Translations under genes and position numbers: made by a program | IMG/VR virus record: IMGVR_UViG_3300018074_000014 | Span: 1-32,952 of that record | From: a virus | Taxonomy: Duplodnaviria; Caudoviricetes | Length of the DNA: 32,952 nt | Reading direction: 5' to 3' (one strand) | The notes under the pieces: generated by a model | Seen by the model: the letters and a program-made list of their open reading frames with translations, nothing else | Told to the model about the DNA's origin: nothing | The model's database searches: none | Shown here: positions 8,613 to 18,239 of the stretch, in pieces | Layout: every line of letters starts with the position of its first letter | Position numbering within the stretch: the first letter of the stretch is position 1

Positions 8613-9238
8613 GAGTGGCGGTGTTATGCCCGACCCGGGATCGCCCTGAACGCTTTCAACGTCTGTGTGATTCCGTCAAGGCCACCTCGTCGGAGGCCGT
8701 GGTCCGGGGCTACGTCGACGAGGATCAGGTAGACCTCTACCCGCCGAGCAATGGCCAGCGGTTCAGCTGGGAGTCGGGACCGAGGGTTGGCGTCGTCGCG
8801 GCCCTCAATCACCTGGTCAGAAAGAACCCCGGATTCGACGCCTACGGCATCCTGACCGACGACTGTGTCGTAAACACGCCGGGCTGGGACTACTACATCG
8901 GCGAGGTGATGGACTCGTTTCCGCGCCGACTGTGTGTGGTCTCGCCCTACCACAACTTCGGCAACCAAGTGGACATGCCATTTGTGAGCAAGGAATGGAT
9001 TAGGTTGATCGGCTGGTACGCCTGTCCCAACACTTACCACTACTGCTGGCCTATCATCACCGGCCTGATCGGCGAGATGACGGCGATCTGCCACTGCCCG
9101 ATGACCCGGTTTGGAATCGAGCACGATCTTCATGTCGAAAACAAGGCGGCGCAGGTGCGAGATGCCCAGCCGTTCTTTGAGTTTGTGAGTCTAAAACTAC
9201 CGGCGTTGGTCGAGCGCATCCGCGAGGCAATGAAATGA
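8609..9238 (+). CDS. GT2-like glycosyltransferase, paralogue 3
   Basis: VLCPTRDRPERF, YVDED, LTDDCVVNTPGWD, VDMPFVSKEWI. Confidence 0.75.
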   Translation: MRVAVLCPTRDRPERFQRLCDSVKATSSEAVVRGYVDEDQVDLYPPSNGQRFSWESGPRVGVVAALNHLVRKNPGFDAYGILTDDCVVNTPGWDYYIGEVMDSFPRRLCVVSPYHNFGNQVDMPFVSKEWIRLIGWYACPNTYHYCWPIITGLIGEMTAICHCPMTRFGIEHDLHVENKAAQVRDAQPFFEFVSLKLPALVERIREAMK

Positions 9239-9876
9239 ACCAGAACCCCTATCGAGTGCTCGACTATCCTAACGGATTTATCTCGGAATGGATTGCCGGC
9301 AAGTTCCCGGACGGATACCGCGGCCATGCCATCGACATTGGCGCCTCCGACGGCATCTCCGTCAACAACACCTATCACCTGGAGCGCGCTCATCGCTGGA
9401 CCGTGCTCTCAGTCGAGGCGAATCCCAAGTTTTTGCCCCTGATCCGGAAGCACCGCACCTGGTACGAGTGCTGCGCCTGCGCGGCGGAGCCCATCGATGA
9501 GGCCACGTTCTATGTCAATCCATTACAGCCAGAGGTATATTCGGCGCTCAAGGTGCCGGGCCGTCCGCGGATTATCGTCAATGGTCAGTCTTGCGAGTCG
9601 GAGAAGCCGGCCAACTGGGAACAGATCAAGGTGCCGGTGCGGACCGTAGACCAGTTGCTAGACAAGTGGTCATTCCCCAAGCTCGATCTGCTCTCGATCG
9701 ATGTCGAGGGTGGAGAGCGAGACGTGCTGATGGGCTGCGATCTGTTGCGCTGGAAACCCAAATGGATCGTCTCGGAATCTTGGGAGCCGGGAGGCGAGCA
9801 TGTCTATCTCTCAACCTACGGCTATCAGCGCGTCGCGCGTTGCGCCCACAACGACATCTACATGCTGGTGGAGTAA
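9235..9876 (+). CDS. FkbM-family methyltransferase
   Basis: IDIGASDGISVNNT, VEANP, LDLLSIDVEGGERDVLMG. Confidence 0.88.
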   Translation: MNQNPYRVLDYPNGFISEWIAGKFPDGYRGHAIDIGASDGISVNNTYHLERAHRWTVLSVEANPKFLPLIRKHRTWYECCACAAEPIDEATFYVNPLQPEVYSALKVPGRPRIIVNGQSCESEKPANWEQIKVPVRTVDQLLDKWSFPKLDLLSIDVEGGERDVLMGCDLLRWKPKWIVSESWEPGGEHVYLSTYGYQRVARCAHNDIYMLVE

Positions 9877-10451
9877 TGAGCGAGTATTCTGGCAATAACG
9901 TCGATGACATTGTCAGGCCGTTTCTTCCCGACATTGGCTGGGCCTGCGATGTCGGGGCCAGCGACGGGGTTTTCTTCAGCAATACGCTCGCGTTCGAGGA
10001 GCGTGGCTGGACCGTGCTTTGCATCGAGGCCAATCCGCTGTTGGCAGAGAAGGGGCAGTCACGCAGGAAACTATGGCGTGCGGTGGCCGCCGGGGCAGAG
10101 GACGCCGAAGATCGCGAGTTCTTCGCCTACGGCAGTGAGCCCTATCCCAGCTGGTCGTCGCTGGCGCCGATAAAGAGCACCCCGGGGCAACGGCCAATCC
10201 ATGCCTTCAAAGTCCCCGTGCGTCGGCTCGACCGCCTGCTGGAGGAGGTCGGATTCGATCGGCTCGACTTTTTGACCATAGACGCCGAAGGATACGAGCC
10301 GGAAATCCTGGCGGGGTTCACGGTCGAACGCTGGAAGCCTAAAGTCATCGTCGCCGAAAGCTGGAAGGAGGGCACTCTGGCGACCCCGCCCGGCTATTCC
10401 CTGATTCGGCGGGTGGAGTACGATAACATCTTCATTCGGGAGGGAGCATGA
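9876..10451 (+). CDS. FkbM-family methyltransferase
   Basis: Start ATG 9876 (TAATG overlap); DVGASDGVFFSNT, IEANP, LDFLTIDAEGYEPEILAG. Confidence 0.88.
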   Translation: MSEYSGNNVDDIVRPFLPDIGWACDVGASDGVFFSNTLAFEERGWTVLCIEANPLLAEKGQSRRKLWRAVAAGAEDAEDREFFAYGSEPYPSWSSLAPIKSTPGQRPIHAFKVPVRRLDRLLEEVGFDRLDFLTIDAEGYEPEILAGFTVERWKPKVIVAESWKEGTLATPPGYSLIRRVEYDNIFIREGA

Positions 10452-11287
10452 GTGAGGTGGTGTTCACGATGCCCGGCAAGATCGGCGATGCGCTTCATCA
10501 GTGGCCGGTCGCCTATCATTGGGCCAAGCAGACCGGAAAGAAGTTCACGCTCTGGCTTGATAGGGGATGTCTGGTCCCGCTGGTTAAGCTGTTTGAAGCC
10601 CAGCCTTGCGTCGAGAAGATAGAACTCAAGGGCGGAGTCGAGCATTACAACTGCGGTGGCCAGCCGTTCCATTTCGACCTCGACACCAAGGAGTTCGTTG
10701 GCAAGACGGTCTACCACTTGGGCCTCCGGAGCTTCCCGCAGCGCCAGTTGACGCTCCACTGTCTGAACGACTCGGGGGTCCCGGTGACGGTGGACATCGA
10801 TACCCTGACGGACGAGCCGAGCCTGATCGTCGAGCCGCAGCAGAAGAAGAACCGCGTCGTCCTCCACGGCCAGGCAGTCTATTCCCATACCCGAGCAACC
10901 CCCGGATTCTGGAAGTTCCTCTACGCGATCAAGCAGGACCTGGAGGAAAGATTCGAGGAAATCGTCTTCGTCGGCTCGGAGCGCGACCGCGAGGTGGCGA
11001 CGCGGGTCTATCCGGAATGGAAGACCTTCGACGATCAAGGCAACTTCAAGCTGCTGGCCGACTTCATCGCCGCCTCGGAGTTGGTGATCGGGGTGGGTTC
11101 CAGCGTGGTTGTGCTGCCGAGCCTGCTCAAAGTCCCGAGCGTCCGGGTTCATGACCCAATCGGGGACAACCCCAAGAACCTCTGGGAAAACCTCCAGCGA
11201 GATCACCTGAACGAGACCGAGATCGAACTGAGAAGGTCGTGGCCGGAATGGCGGGACAAGCACTTCCCGGCCAAGGTGCCGGCGTGA
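10448..11287 (+). CDS. GT9-like (heptosyltransferase-type) glycosyltransferase
   Basis: GKIGDAL N-terminal motif; LLADFIAASELVIGVGSS...LLKVPSV C-terminal GT9 pattern. Confidence 0.7.
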   Translation: MSEVVFTMPGKIGDALHQWPVAYHWAKQTGKKFTLWLDRGCLVPLVKLFEAQPCVEKIELKGGVEHYNCGGQPFHFDLDTKEFVGKTVYHLGLRSFPQRQLTLHCLNDSGVPVTVDIDTLTDEPSLIVEPQQKKNRVVLHGQAVYSHTRATPGFWKFLYAIKQDLEERFEEIVFVGSERDREVATRVYPEWKTFDDQGNFKLLADFIAASELVIGVGSSVVVLPSLLKVPSVRVHDPIGDNPKNLWENLQRDHLNETEIELRRSWPEWRDKHFPAKVPA

Positions 11288-11550
11288 GGACCATGGGTGA
11301 GCTTGTGGATCGTCTATCCATTTTGAACATCAAGATTTACAGCGTTCAGGACAAAATCTATGGCTATTCCGCGGACTCGCTGGACGTCTTCAAGGGCCGG
11401 GATCAAGCCGAGGTCCATGCCAACCTGAAAAAGCTCGCCAGCCTGAACCTGGAGCGCAACGAGACCATGCGGGCCATCGATCAGTGTCTCGCCGACGCCG
11501 TGAAGTCTGGGACCGCCAAGGTGGACGAGCGAATCAAGATCACGGGTTGA
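11284..11550 (+). CDS. DUF4254/DUF6165-like helical protein
   Basis: TMGELVDRLSILNIKIY...LNLERNETMRAID; GTG 11284 (or ATG 11293). Confidence 0.65.
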   Translation: MRTMGELVDRLSILNIKIYSVQDKIYGYSADSLDVFKGRDQAEVHANLKKLASLNLERNETMRAIDQCLADAVKSGTAKVDERIKITG

Positions 11551-11575
11551 CAGGCGCCCTATGTCACCCTAGCGT
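11547..11575 (+). promoter_or_regulatory. sigma70-like promoter upstream of the head operon
   Basis: TTGACA (11547-11552), N17, TAGCGT (11570-11575), spanning the gap before the gene at 11601. Confidence 0.6.
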
Positions 11576-11600
11576 AAGACGTTGAACAGGAGGGCCAAGG

Positions 11601-11834
11601 ATGGCCAGTACCCCCAAGGGCTACGGACCCCGCCCGCCCGCCAAACGGCGCCGGCAATCCCCCGCCGATGCAAGGTCCGAATCGCAGGATCGCGACCTCG
11701 ATGCTCGGGGCTACTCCAATAGCCCCAAGCGAATGTCCGAAGACGACCTCAAGGTCGAGCTGCGAAAGATGACGCCGGCCCAGTTGCGCCGCATGGAAAA
11801 GCTCTACTACCAGCGGCGCCGGGACACGATATAG
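11601..11834 (+). CDS. basic hypothetical protein
   Basis: AGGAGGG RBS; abuts the portal start. Confidence 0.65.
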   Translation: MASTPKGYGPRPPAKRRRQSPADARSESQDRDLDARGYSNSPKRMSEDDLKVELRKMTPAQLRRMEKLYYQRRRDTI

Positions 11835-13739
11835 ATGCAAGGCAAGTATCCCTCGGGGGAGTTGCCAGACCAGCGCCAGGCGGTTTCCACGGCGCGGCTG
11901 ATCGAACTCGTAGATGGACGCAGGCAGGACAGCATCCGCTACAACTCCAACCTGTTCAACAAGCTCAAGTCCTACTACGACAGCTATCGGGGTCTCTGGT
12001 CAGGGCGGCTCAACCAGTTCCGCAACCAGCTGACGATTCCCTTCACCTTCGCGATGATCCAGTCGGACGTTGCCCGCAAGGTCCAGACCTCGTTCGGGGC
12101 GTGGCCGATCGTCTCCTTCGAGGGCTATGCCCCCGAGGACGTGGCGCGCGCCAAGAAGAACGAAGTGCTGGTCTCGGCCCAGATGAAGGACGCCAACTCG
12201 ATCATCAAGGCGGTGGACCTCTACCTTCAGGCCGACATCTGCGGCACCGGAATCGTGCGCTACGGCTGGAAGAACATCACCCGCAAGAACCGCTTCCGCA
12301 AGATGGAGCAGATCGCCCCCGGCCTGACCATCCCCGTGGTCCACGAGGAGATGTCAGAAATCTTCAACGGCCCCAACTGGGAGCCGGTAGATCGCCTAGA
12401 TTTCTGGCAGCAGCCGGCCGTCAAGCGGATCGAGGCCATGGGGTGGGTGATCCACCGCTACTGGGCAGACTTCGACGACCTGATGGACGACGCTAACAGC
12501 CCGACCCCCTACTTCGATCCGCGCGCCGTCAGGGCCCTCAAGGACGCGCCGCTTCAGGGTGCGGCCTATGGCGAGTTCATCGAGCGCAAGGTCGCCTTCC
12601 GGAACGAGTTCGACTACACCGCGCGGCAGAACGAGCGCTTCGCTAAGCCGGTCGAAATCTGGGAGATGCACGGCCTAGTGCCGAACGAGTTCACCAACGA
12701 CGGCATCAGAGGCCGCTGCGTCGCGATCGGTAACGGCCGGGTAGTGCTCAAGAACCGCGAAGGGCCGATGCCGAACCAGCAGAAGCCCTTCCTCGCCTAC
12801 TGCCCGATGCCCGATCCCTACAGCTTCGACGGCATCGGCAAGGCGGAAATCGCCTACGGACCCCAGAAGACCATCGACCGGATCGGCAACCAGAAGCTCG
12901 ACGCCATCGATCTCTTGATCGATCCAATGTGGGCCGCCTCCGACACCGCGCTCAACAACCAGTCGCAGAACCTGTTCACCCGCGCCGGACGCGTTCTGCT
13001 CATCAACGGACCCGCCGACGAAACCTCGCTGCGCGCCCTGTCCCCGAACACTCAGGGCGTCAACATGGCCTACACGGAGATGGGCCAGCTGCACCAGTTC
13101 ATGCAGGTGGGCATGGGCCTGAACGACATCATCATGGGCATGAATAGCGGCGAGCGCGAGACCGCCCGCGGCACTCTGGCGCGGCAGGAGAACGCCATGA
13201 CCCGGCTCGGTATGGAGTCCCGGCTGGCGGAGGAGGGCCTGATCGAGCCGCTGGCGAACGCCTTCCGGCTGATGAACCGCGACTGGCTGCCGGTGCCGCA
13301 GCAGTTGAAGATTCTCGGTAGTTTGGCGATGGTCAATCCGATCACTGGGCTCCCGATGCCACAGGATTCGGTCTCGATCGACTACGACGATCTGGCCCCC
13401 GACTATCGCGCCCGCGCGGTGGGAGCAAGCCAGATGATGGGCCGTTCGGTGCGGCAGCAGAACTTCCTCGCCCTGTTCCAGTTCCTGTCTGCCAACCCGG
13501 TGATGATGCAGATGGTCAACTGGGCCGCCTTCGCCCGCCAGGCGTTCGAGCTGTTCGATTTCAAGAACATCGACGAGCTGCTGGTGCAGACGGTGCCGAT
13601 GGTGAACCAGCTGGCACAGGACACCGGACAGAACCCGATGGCAATCGCCGGGGCGGTGAGTCAGGACCTTCCCCAGCTCGATCCGGGCGTTCTCGGCCAG
13701 TTGATGCAGACCCAGAACCTAGGAAGGATCGCGGCCTGA
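11835..13739 (+). CDS. portal protein (P22/SU10-like)
   Basis: 634 aa; GTGIVRYGW, VEIWEMHG, P..YSFDGIG, RETARG; position in the head module. Confidence 0.88.
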   Translation: MQGKYPSGELPDQRQAVSTARLIELVDGRRQDSIRYNSNLFNKLKSYYDSYRGLWSGRLNQFRNQLTIPFTFAMIQSDVARKVQTSFGAWPIVSFEGYAPEDVARAKKNEVLVSAQMKDANSIIKAVDLYLQADICGTGIVRYGWKNITRKNRFRKMEQIAPGLTIPVVHEEMSEIFNGPNWEPVDRLDFWQQPAVKRIEAMGWVIHRYWADFDDLMDDANSPTPYFDPRAVRALKDAPLQGAAYGEFIERKVAFRNEFDYTARQNERFAKPVEIWEMHGLVPNEFTNDGIRGRCVAIGNGRVVLKNREGPMPNQQKPFLAYCPMPDPYSFDGIGKAEIAYGPQKTIDRIGNQKLDAIDLLIDPMWAASDTALNNQSQNLFTRAGRVLLINGPADETSLRALSPNTQGVNMAYTEMGQLHQFMQVGMGLNDIIMGMNSGERETARGTLARQENAMTRLGMESRLAEEGLIEPLANAFRLMNRDWLPVPQQLKILGSLAMVNPITGLPMPQDSVSIDYDDLAPDYRARAVGASQMMGRSVRQQNFLALFQFLSANPVMMQMVNWAAFARQAFELFDFKNIDELLVQTVPMVNQLAQDTGQNPMAIAGAVSQDLPQLDPGVLGQLMQTQNLGRIAA

Positions 13740-14035
13740 TGCTGACTAACGAACAGGCCCAGCAGGTTTCCATCGTCCTGCACATGGGAGGATGGAACGA
13801 AGTGATGAAGCCCGCCCTGATTCAGCGGCGGGAGATTGCGATGGCTGCTCTGGTGCTTTCGAGGTCCGAACGACAGACGAAGCTCAAGGGCACCGACTTC
13901 GACACCGACGATGACGTGCTCCGAGCCATGGTCAAGGATTGCAGCTGGATGACCAATATCTGGGAGACCGAAGTCAACGTGGCGAGGCATAACCAGCAGC
14001 GCGATGAACTCGATGCTGCCACGGCGAACCCGTGA
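13739..14035 (+). CDS. small helical protein following portal
   Basis: Typical post-portal ORF (GWNEVMKPAL); TGATG coupling. Confidence 0.6.
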   Translation: MLTNEQAQQVSIVLHMGGWNEVMKPALIQRREIAMAALVLSRSERQTKLKGTDFDTDDDVLRAMVKDCSWMTNIWETEVNVARHNQQRDELDAATANP

Positions 14036-14051
14036 AGAAGGAGACTCAAGG

Positions 14052-14759
14052 ATGAGCGAGCCCAGCGGTATCGAGCCCATCGGACCCGCGCCGGATTTGG
14101 CCGGCTATCCCACGCCCGAAGCTCTGGCGCAGGGATACCGCAACTCCAGCGCCGAGGCTCAGCGCCTCAAGGCCCGGGCGGATGCAGCCGAAAGCCAGCT
14201 TCAAGCCATGCTCGCTGCGAACCAGCGACCGGTCTACAGCCAGCCGCCAAAAACCTGGGAAGACCAGCTGATGGAAAATGGAGTCGATCCGGCACCGATC
14301 CGTCTCGGCATTCAGCAGGAGAGCCGGCAGATCGTGCAGGAGCTGTTCCAGCCCATCGCGCAAGGATTGCAGGCGCGTGGCAAGATCGTGGCTCAGCACC
14401 CTGATTACCTCAAGTTCGAGCAGCAGGTGGCGGCGTTCATCGAGTCCGATCCTCAGTTCAGTCAGAGTTACAACAAGATGTTCAGTGTTGATCCGCTGGG
14501 AGCGATGGAGTTCGCCTTCCTCAAGTATGGCGATGCCCAACGTCGCAATGCGGTCCCCTCTCCGAACGGGAGTCTGGACCCAGCCCACGCGACGATTCCC
14601 ACTCAGCGTTCCGGTGATTCGCGCCGCGGCGAAGACCCAAATGACACCATTCGCGCTGCCTACGAGCGCTATCAGCAGGCTCCAAGCTCGCCCAATGCCT
14701 ATGCCTACGCCAAGGCTCGTCTCAGAACTGTCATCACGGATGAGTTCCTGAACCAGTAA
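14052..14759 (+). CDS. putative capsid scaffolding protein
   Basis: GYPTPEALAQGYRN motif, coiled-coil character, directly upstream of the capsid gene. Confidence 0.7.
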   Translation: MSEPSGIEPIGPAPDLAGYPTPEALAQGYRNSSAEAQRLKARADAAESQLQAMLAANQRPVYSQPPKTWEDQLMENGVDPAPIRLGIQQESRQIVQELFQPIAQGLQARGKIVAQHPDYLKFEQQVAAFIESDPQFSQSYNKMFSVDPLGAMEFAFLKYGDAQRRNAVPSPNGSLDPAHATIPTQRSGDSRRGEDPNDTIRAAYERYQQAPSSPNAYAYAKARLRTVITDEFLNQ

Positions 14760-14783
14760 TCAGGGCTCGGAGGGCATAAGGAT

Positions 14784-15725
14784 ATGCCTGGTTCTACCAC
14801 CTACGACGTCGGCTTTTGGCCATCTGCCACTGCGCCGACGCACGAGGATTTGGTGGATATCGTCACCATCCTCGATTCGTTTCAGGCTCCATTTTTCTCG
14901 TCTTCGCCGAAGAACCGCGCGCGTGACGTGATCCATTCATGGACCGTGGACACGCTGGCGGCCACGGCGACAGCTGGAAGCGTCGAGATGTCGGCGTTCG
15001 GCGTCAGTACGCTCACCGCTCCGACTCGTCTGATCAACGCCACGCAGATTTTCCGGCGCGACATCGAGGTGTCGGATCGCGAGCGAGCCAGCAACGTTGC
15101 CGGCATCCGCGACATGTACGAACACCAGATCATGAAGGAGTTCAAGGTCATCGCCCGCAACTTCGAGGCACGCGTCTTCGCGAGCACGCTGGCAAGCACG
15201 GGCACGGCCTCGGGCGACAACAACAACGCTTCGCGCATGGCAGGCATCCGTGGCTTCTCAATCATCACGGCATCCTCGGCGTCAGGAGGCGTCACCACGG
15301 CCGACATCGTTACGCTCTCGGAGTCGCTGTTCAACGCCGGAGCGGAGCCGGATTCGATTTGGTTCGCCCCGTCATCGAAGCGTCAGTTCGTCAATGCCAC
15401 CGTGTCTTCGGGCTCGGGTAACGTGCGGAACATCGCGGCGACCGATCAGAAGCTGGTGGCCAACATCGACATCTTCGAGACGCCGTTCAATCAGCTCTAC
15501 GCCGTCATCACCGATCGGTTCATTCCGATCAGCACCAACTCGGCATCGGGTGCGTACTTCATCGGTGATCGTTCGATGGCCAAGACGAGCTTCTTCCGCC
15601 CGCCCCAGCACAAGCCGATGGGCAAGACAGGGGACGGCACGCGCGGTCTGGTGCTCATGGAGTGCACGCTTCAGCTCGATCACCCATCGAGTTGGGCAGC
15701 CATGACAGGTGTCATCAACAGCTAG
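14784..15725 (+). CDS. major capsid protein (SU10/DUF5309-like)
   Basis: EDLVDIV, HSWTVDTL, NATQIF..VS, MAGI, ETPF, KTGDGTRGLVLMECTL. Confidence 0.9.
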   Translation: MPGSTTYDVGFWPSATAPTHEDLVDIVTILDSFQAPFFSSSPKNRARDVIHSWTVDTLAATATAGSVEMSAFGVSTLTAPTRLINATQIFRRDIEVSDRERASNVAGIRDMYEHQIMKEFKVIARNFEARVFASTLASTGTASGDNNNASRMAGIRGFSIITASSASGGVTTADIVTLSESLFNAGAEPDSIWFAPSSKRQFVNATVSSGSGNVRNIAATDQKLVANIDIFETPFNQLYAVITDRFIPISTNSASGAYFIGDRSMAKTSFFRPPQHKPMGKTGDGTRGLVLMECTLQLDHPSSWAAMTGVINS

Positions 15726-15753
15726 CGCATCCAGCTAGCGCAATCTCCGGGGA

Positions 15754-15773
15754 GCGGGGGCTTCGGCCCCCGC
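15754..15773 (+). terminator. GC-rich hairpin with UUCG tetraloop after the capsid gene
   Basis: GCGGGGGC-TTCG-GCCCCCGC. No U-tract, so a weak terminator or an mRNA-stabilising stem. Confidence 0.6.
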
Positions 15774-15792
15774 CTCTCGAAGCGGAGGGACA

Positions 15793-16101
15793 ATGGCGCT
15801 CGGCGGACAGAGTAGCGCGCTCATCACGGTCAGTAAGGCACAGGGGTGGGACCCCACAGTCATTCAGGGGCCGGGAGGTGGCGAATCGATCGCCAACTTC
15901 GACAAGGACCCGACCACCGACAAGATGACTCACAAGACTATCGGCACGCTGCCGCAGGGCACGCCAGACACGTTCCCGGATGCTGATGCTCCTGATATGG
16001 GTCCGGGCGTTGACTGGCAGCATCCGCAGTATAACGATGGCAATCAGCCGGACCGGCGCACCAGTGGCGCCGATCCCACGCCCGGGAAGCCCGGGGCATA
16101 G
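15793..16101 (+). CDS. hypothetical Pro/Gly/Asp-rich protein
   Basis: GGAGGG RBS; head module. Confidence 0.65.
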   Translation: MALGGQSSALITVSKAQGWDPTVIQGPGGGESIANFDKDPTTDKMTHKTIGTLPQGTPDTFPDADAPDMGPGVDWQHPQYNDGNQPDRRTSGADPTPGKPGA

Positions 16102-16110
16102 GAGGAAGCA

Positions 16111-16350
16111 ATGACGGTCACCATGAAGGGTGGCACCAGTGGTTGCAGGCACGACTATCGCGCTCAGGTGCCGGATTCGGGCGCGTCTCAGCCGGTACTC
16201 AACACGGCATCGAACAGTTCGACCTCCTACGGCGTGGCATACCCGGCCAAGGGCGGGACGCATCCATTCGAGCAGCTGACGCCGGATTTCATGCCGGAGG
16301 GCGGTTCCATCCCCGCAGACTCGACCGACGTCGCGGATCAGGGCGCATGA
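16111..16350 (+). CDS. hypothetical protein
   Basis: AGGAGG RBS. Confidence 0.65.
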   Translation: MTVTMKGGTSGCRHDYRAQVPDSGASQPVLNTASNSSTSYGVAYPAKGGTHPFEQLTPDFMPEGGSIPADSTDVADQGA

Positions 16351-16754
16351 GCGGCATCGAGGGTTTTTTCATCGCCAAGAACAACAACTCGCCCGCCGAC
16401 ACGCTGTTGGATTCCGATCTCCTGATGGCTGTGGCGCCGGACTATTACGGGCCGCGGTTCGACGCCATCAGGGAACTGCGGGACGAAGACGATGGCTCGC
16501 TACACAAGGGCAGCAGCTTCCGGCGGGTGGCGAGCCTCGTCAATGTGCCGCTAGCGAACGCGATCTCTACCATCCTCGATCCGGGATGGATGCGGGACAA
16601 AAAGAAGTTTTATGCCTGGCTCGATCGCAATCGGGAATACTGCACCTATCAGCGCAAGGATCGGGCGAGCATGAATGCGCTCACGCAGCGCGATTTTGGC
16701 AATCTCGGCAAGGAGGTCAGCGATGGCGGACTACTCACCGCGCCCGAAGCGTAA
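16347..16754 (+). CDS. conserved podophage post-capsid protein
   Basis: ATG 16347 (ATGA overlap); FRRVASL...KKKFYAWLD..NREY. Confidence 0.65.
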   Translation: MSGIEGFFIAKNNNSPADTLLDSDLLMAVAPDYYGPRFDAIRELRDEDDGSLHKGSSFRRVASLVNVPLANAISTILDPGWMRDKKKFYAWLDRNREYCTYQRKDRASMNALTQRDFGNLGKEVSDGGLLTAPEA

Positions 16755-16929
16755 GGAGCGCGCCTATGGCTCCGGAGCCTATGGAGTCTCGGAGTCAGAC
16801 AGCCTGTACAAACCCGGCGCCCATCCGCCGACGCTCAGCACCAAGCCATGGGACACGTTGATGGGTATTGCGACCAAGATCGGCAAGAAGATCGAACCCA
16901 AGCTAAATAAGTTTTTGAGAGGCAAATGA
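16723..16929 (+). CDS. small basic hypothetical protein
   Basis: ATG 16723 with AAGGAGG RBS; ATGA-coupled to the next gene. Confidence 0.55.
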   Translation: MADYSPRPKRKERAYGSGAYGVSESDSLYKPGAHPPTLSTKPWDTLMGIATKIGKKIEPKLNKFLRGK

Positions 16930-18236
16930 GCCAGAAGAACCCGCTCAAGGTCTATACCTCGGTGCCGCAGAAGCATACGGCCAGCTTCTATTATCGGCTC
17001 CAGGTGCCGTTGCGGGCGGCGCAGATGCTTCAGCTACCGATCAAGGCGGTAATCGATACCGATTCGGCTTCGGTGTCGAATGAAGATCGGGTCCGTATCT
17101 TCTCCGAATCCGATCTCATCCTGCTCTATCAGCCGGTGGGCGAGTCGGCGAACCAGAACGTGCGCGCCGTTCAGAGCTTCCTACCGAGCAAGCGCGATGA
17201 TGGCTGGAAATGGGCGCCGACGATCGTGCTGGAGGCCGACGACAACCTGTTCAACGTCTCGCCACTCAATCAGGCATTCAAGAGCCTTGGCATCCGAGAC
17301 ATGAACGGCACCGAGATTCCGGTCGGCCACCACGTTGGCGTGATGAGGGACGGAGAGCGGCGGGTGCTCTGGAAGGACGGCGAGAACGGATTCTCGATCG
17401 CCAAGAACCGTCAGGCGGTGTCCGCCTATCGAAAAATCATCGATATGGCGGACGCGATCCAATGTTCTACCTCGGCCGTGGAGGCGGCGGTCAAGAAAGA
17501 GACGACGCCGCGCCGGACCCGGGTGTTCCCGAACAGCATGATAATGTCGGACTACGAGCAGGTGGACCTGCGCGAGACTCCCGACCAGATCAGGATTCTC
17601 TGGCAGGGCGGCATTAGTCACTGGGAGGACTGGTATCCGCTGAGGGAGGCGCTGGGCAACATCACGAAGAAGTATCCGCAGGTCCACTGGGTCATTTGGG
17701 GCGCCAACTTCCCCTGGGTGAACGAGTTGATCCCGGCTCACCGAATGACCTTCAAGTCCTGGTGCCCCTATCCGGAGTACCGGCTCCGACTGGCAATGGT
17801 CGGGCACGACATCAACCTGGCCCCGCTCACCGACAACGTCTTCAACGTCTGCCGATCGGCAATCAAGTGGTACGAGTCGAGCGTGCTCAAGAAGTCAATC
17901 CCAACGCTGGCGCAGAACACGGCCGCCTATGCACGCGAGATGGTGGACGGCGAAACCGGGCTCCTGTTCAACAACCCGGAGGAGTTCGAGTTGAAGCTGG
18001 GTCAACTGATCGAGGACGCCAGTCTCAGGAAGACGCTGGGGAGCAACGCCAGGGACTGGGTGCATGAGAACCGCGATGCGCTCAAGATCACACCCGAGAT
18101 CGTCGGATTCTGGGAGCAGTTGCGGGAGGAGCGCAAGATCGAGCAGCCGCACGCCTCCGATGATGAGTGGAAGGAGATCGTGGCGGAAGCAGAAGCGGAG
18201 ATGCAGCAGGAACAACCGATCGTTCCCGTGGGGTAA
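16926..18236 (+). CDS. GT-B fold (GT4-like) glycosyltransferase
   Basis: FYYRLQVP, EADDNLF, VFPNS, DINLAPL.DN.FN.CRSAIKWYE, GETGLL. Confidence 0.85.
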   Translation: MSQKNPLKVYTSVPQKHTASFYYRLQVPLRAAQMLQLPIKAVIDTDSASVSNEDRVRIFSESDLILLYQPVGESANQNVRAVQSFLPSKRDDGWKWAPTIVLEADDNLFNVSPLNQAFKSLGIRDMNGTEIPVGHHVGVMRDGERRVLWKDGENGFSIAKNRQAVSAYRKIIDMADAIQCSTSAVEAAVKKETTPRRTRVFPNSMIMSDYEQVDLRETPDQIRILWQGGISHWEDWYPLREALGNITKKYPQVHWVIWGANFPWVNELIPAHRMTFKSWCPYPEYRLRLAMVGHDINLAPLTDNVFNVCRSAIKWYESSVLKKSIPTLAQNTAAYAREMVDGETGLLFNNPEEFELKLGQLIEDASLRKTLGSNARDWVHENRDALKITPEIVGFWEQLREERKIEQPHASDDEWKEIVAEAEAEMQQEQPIVPVG

Positions 18237-18239
18237 GAG

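Noticed and set aside
9591-9875. Extended start of the second FkbM gene
   Set aside because: It overlaps the first FkbM gene; the TAATG coupling at 9876 is the likely start.
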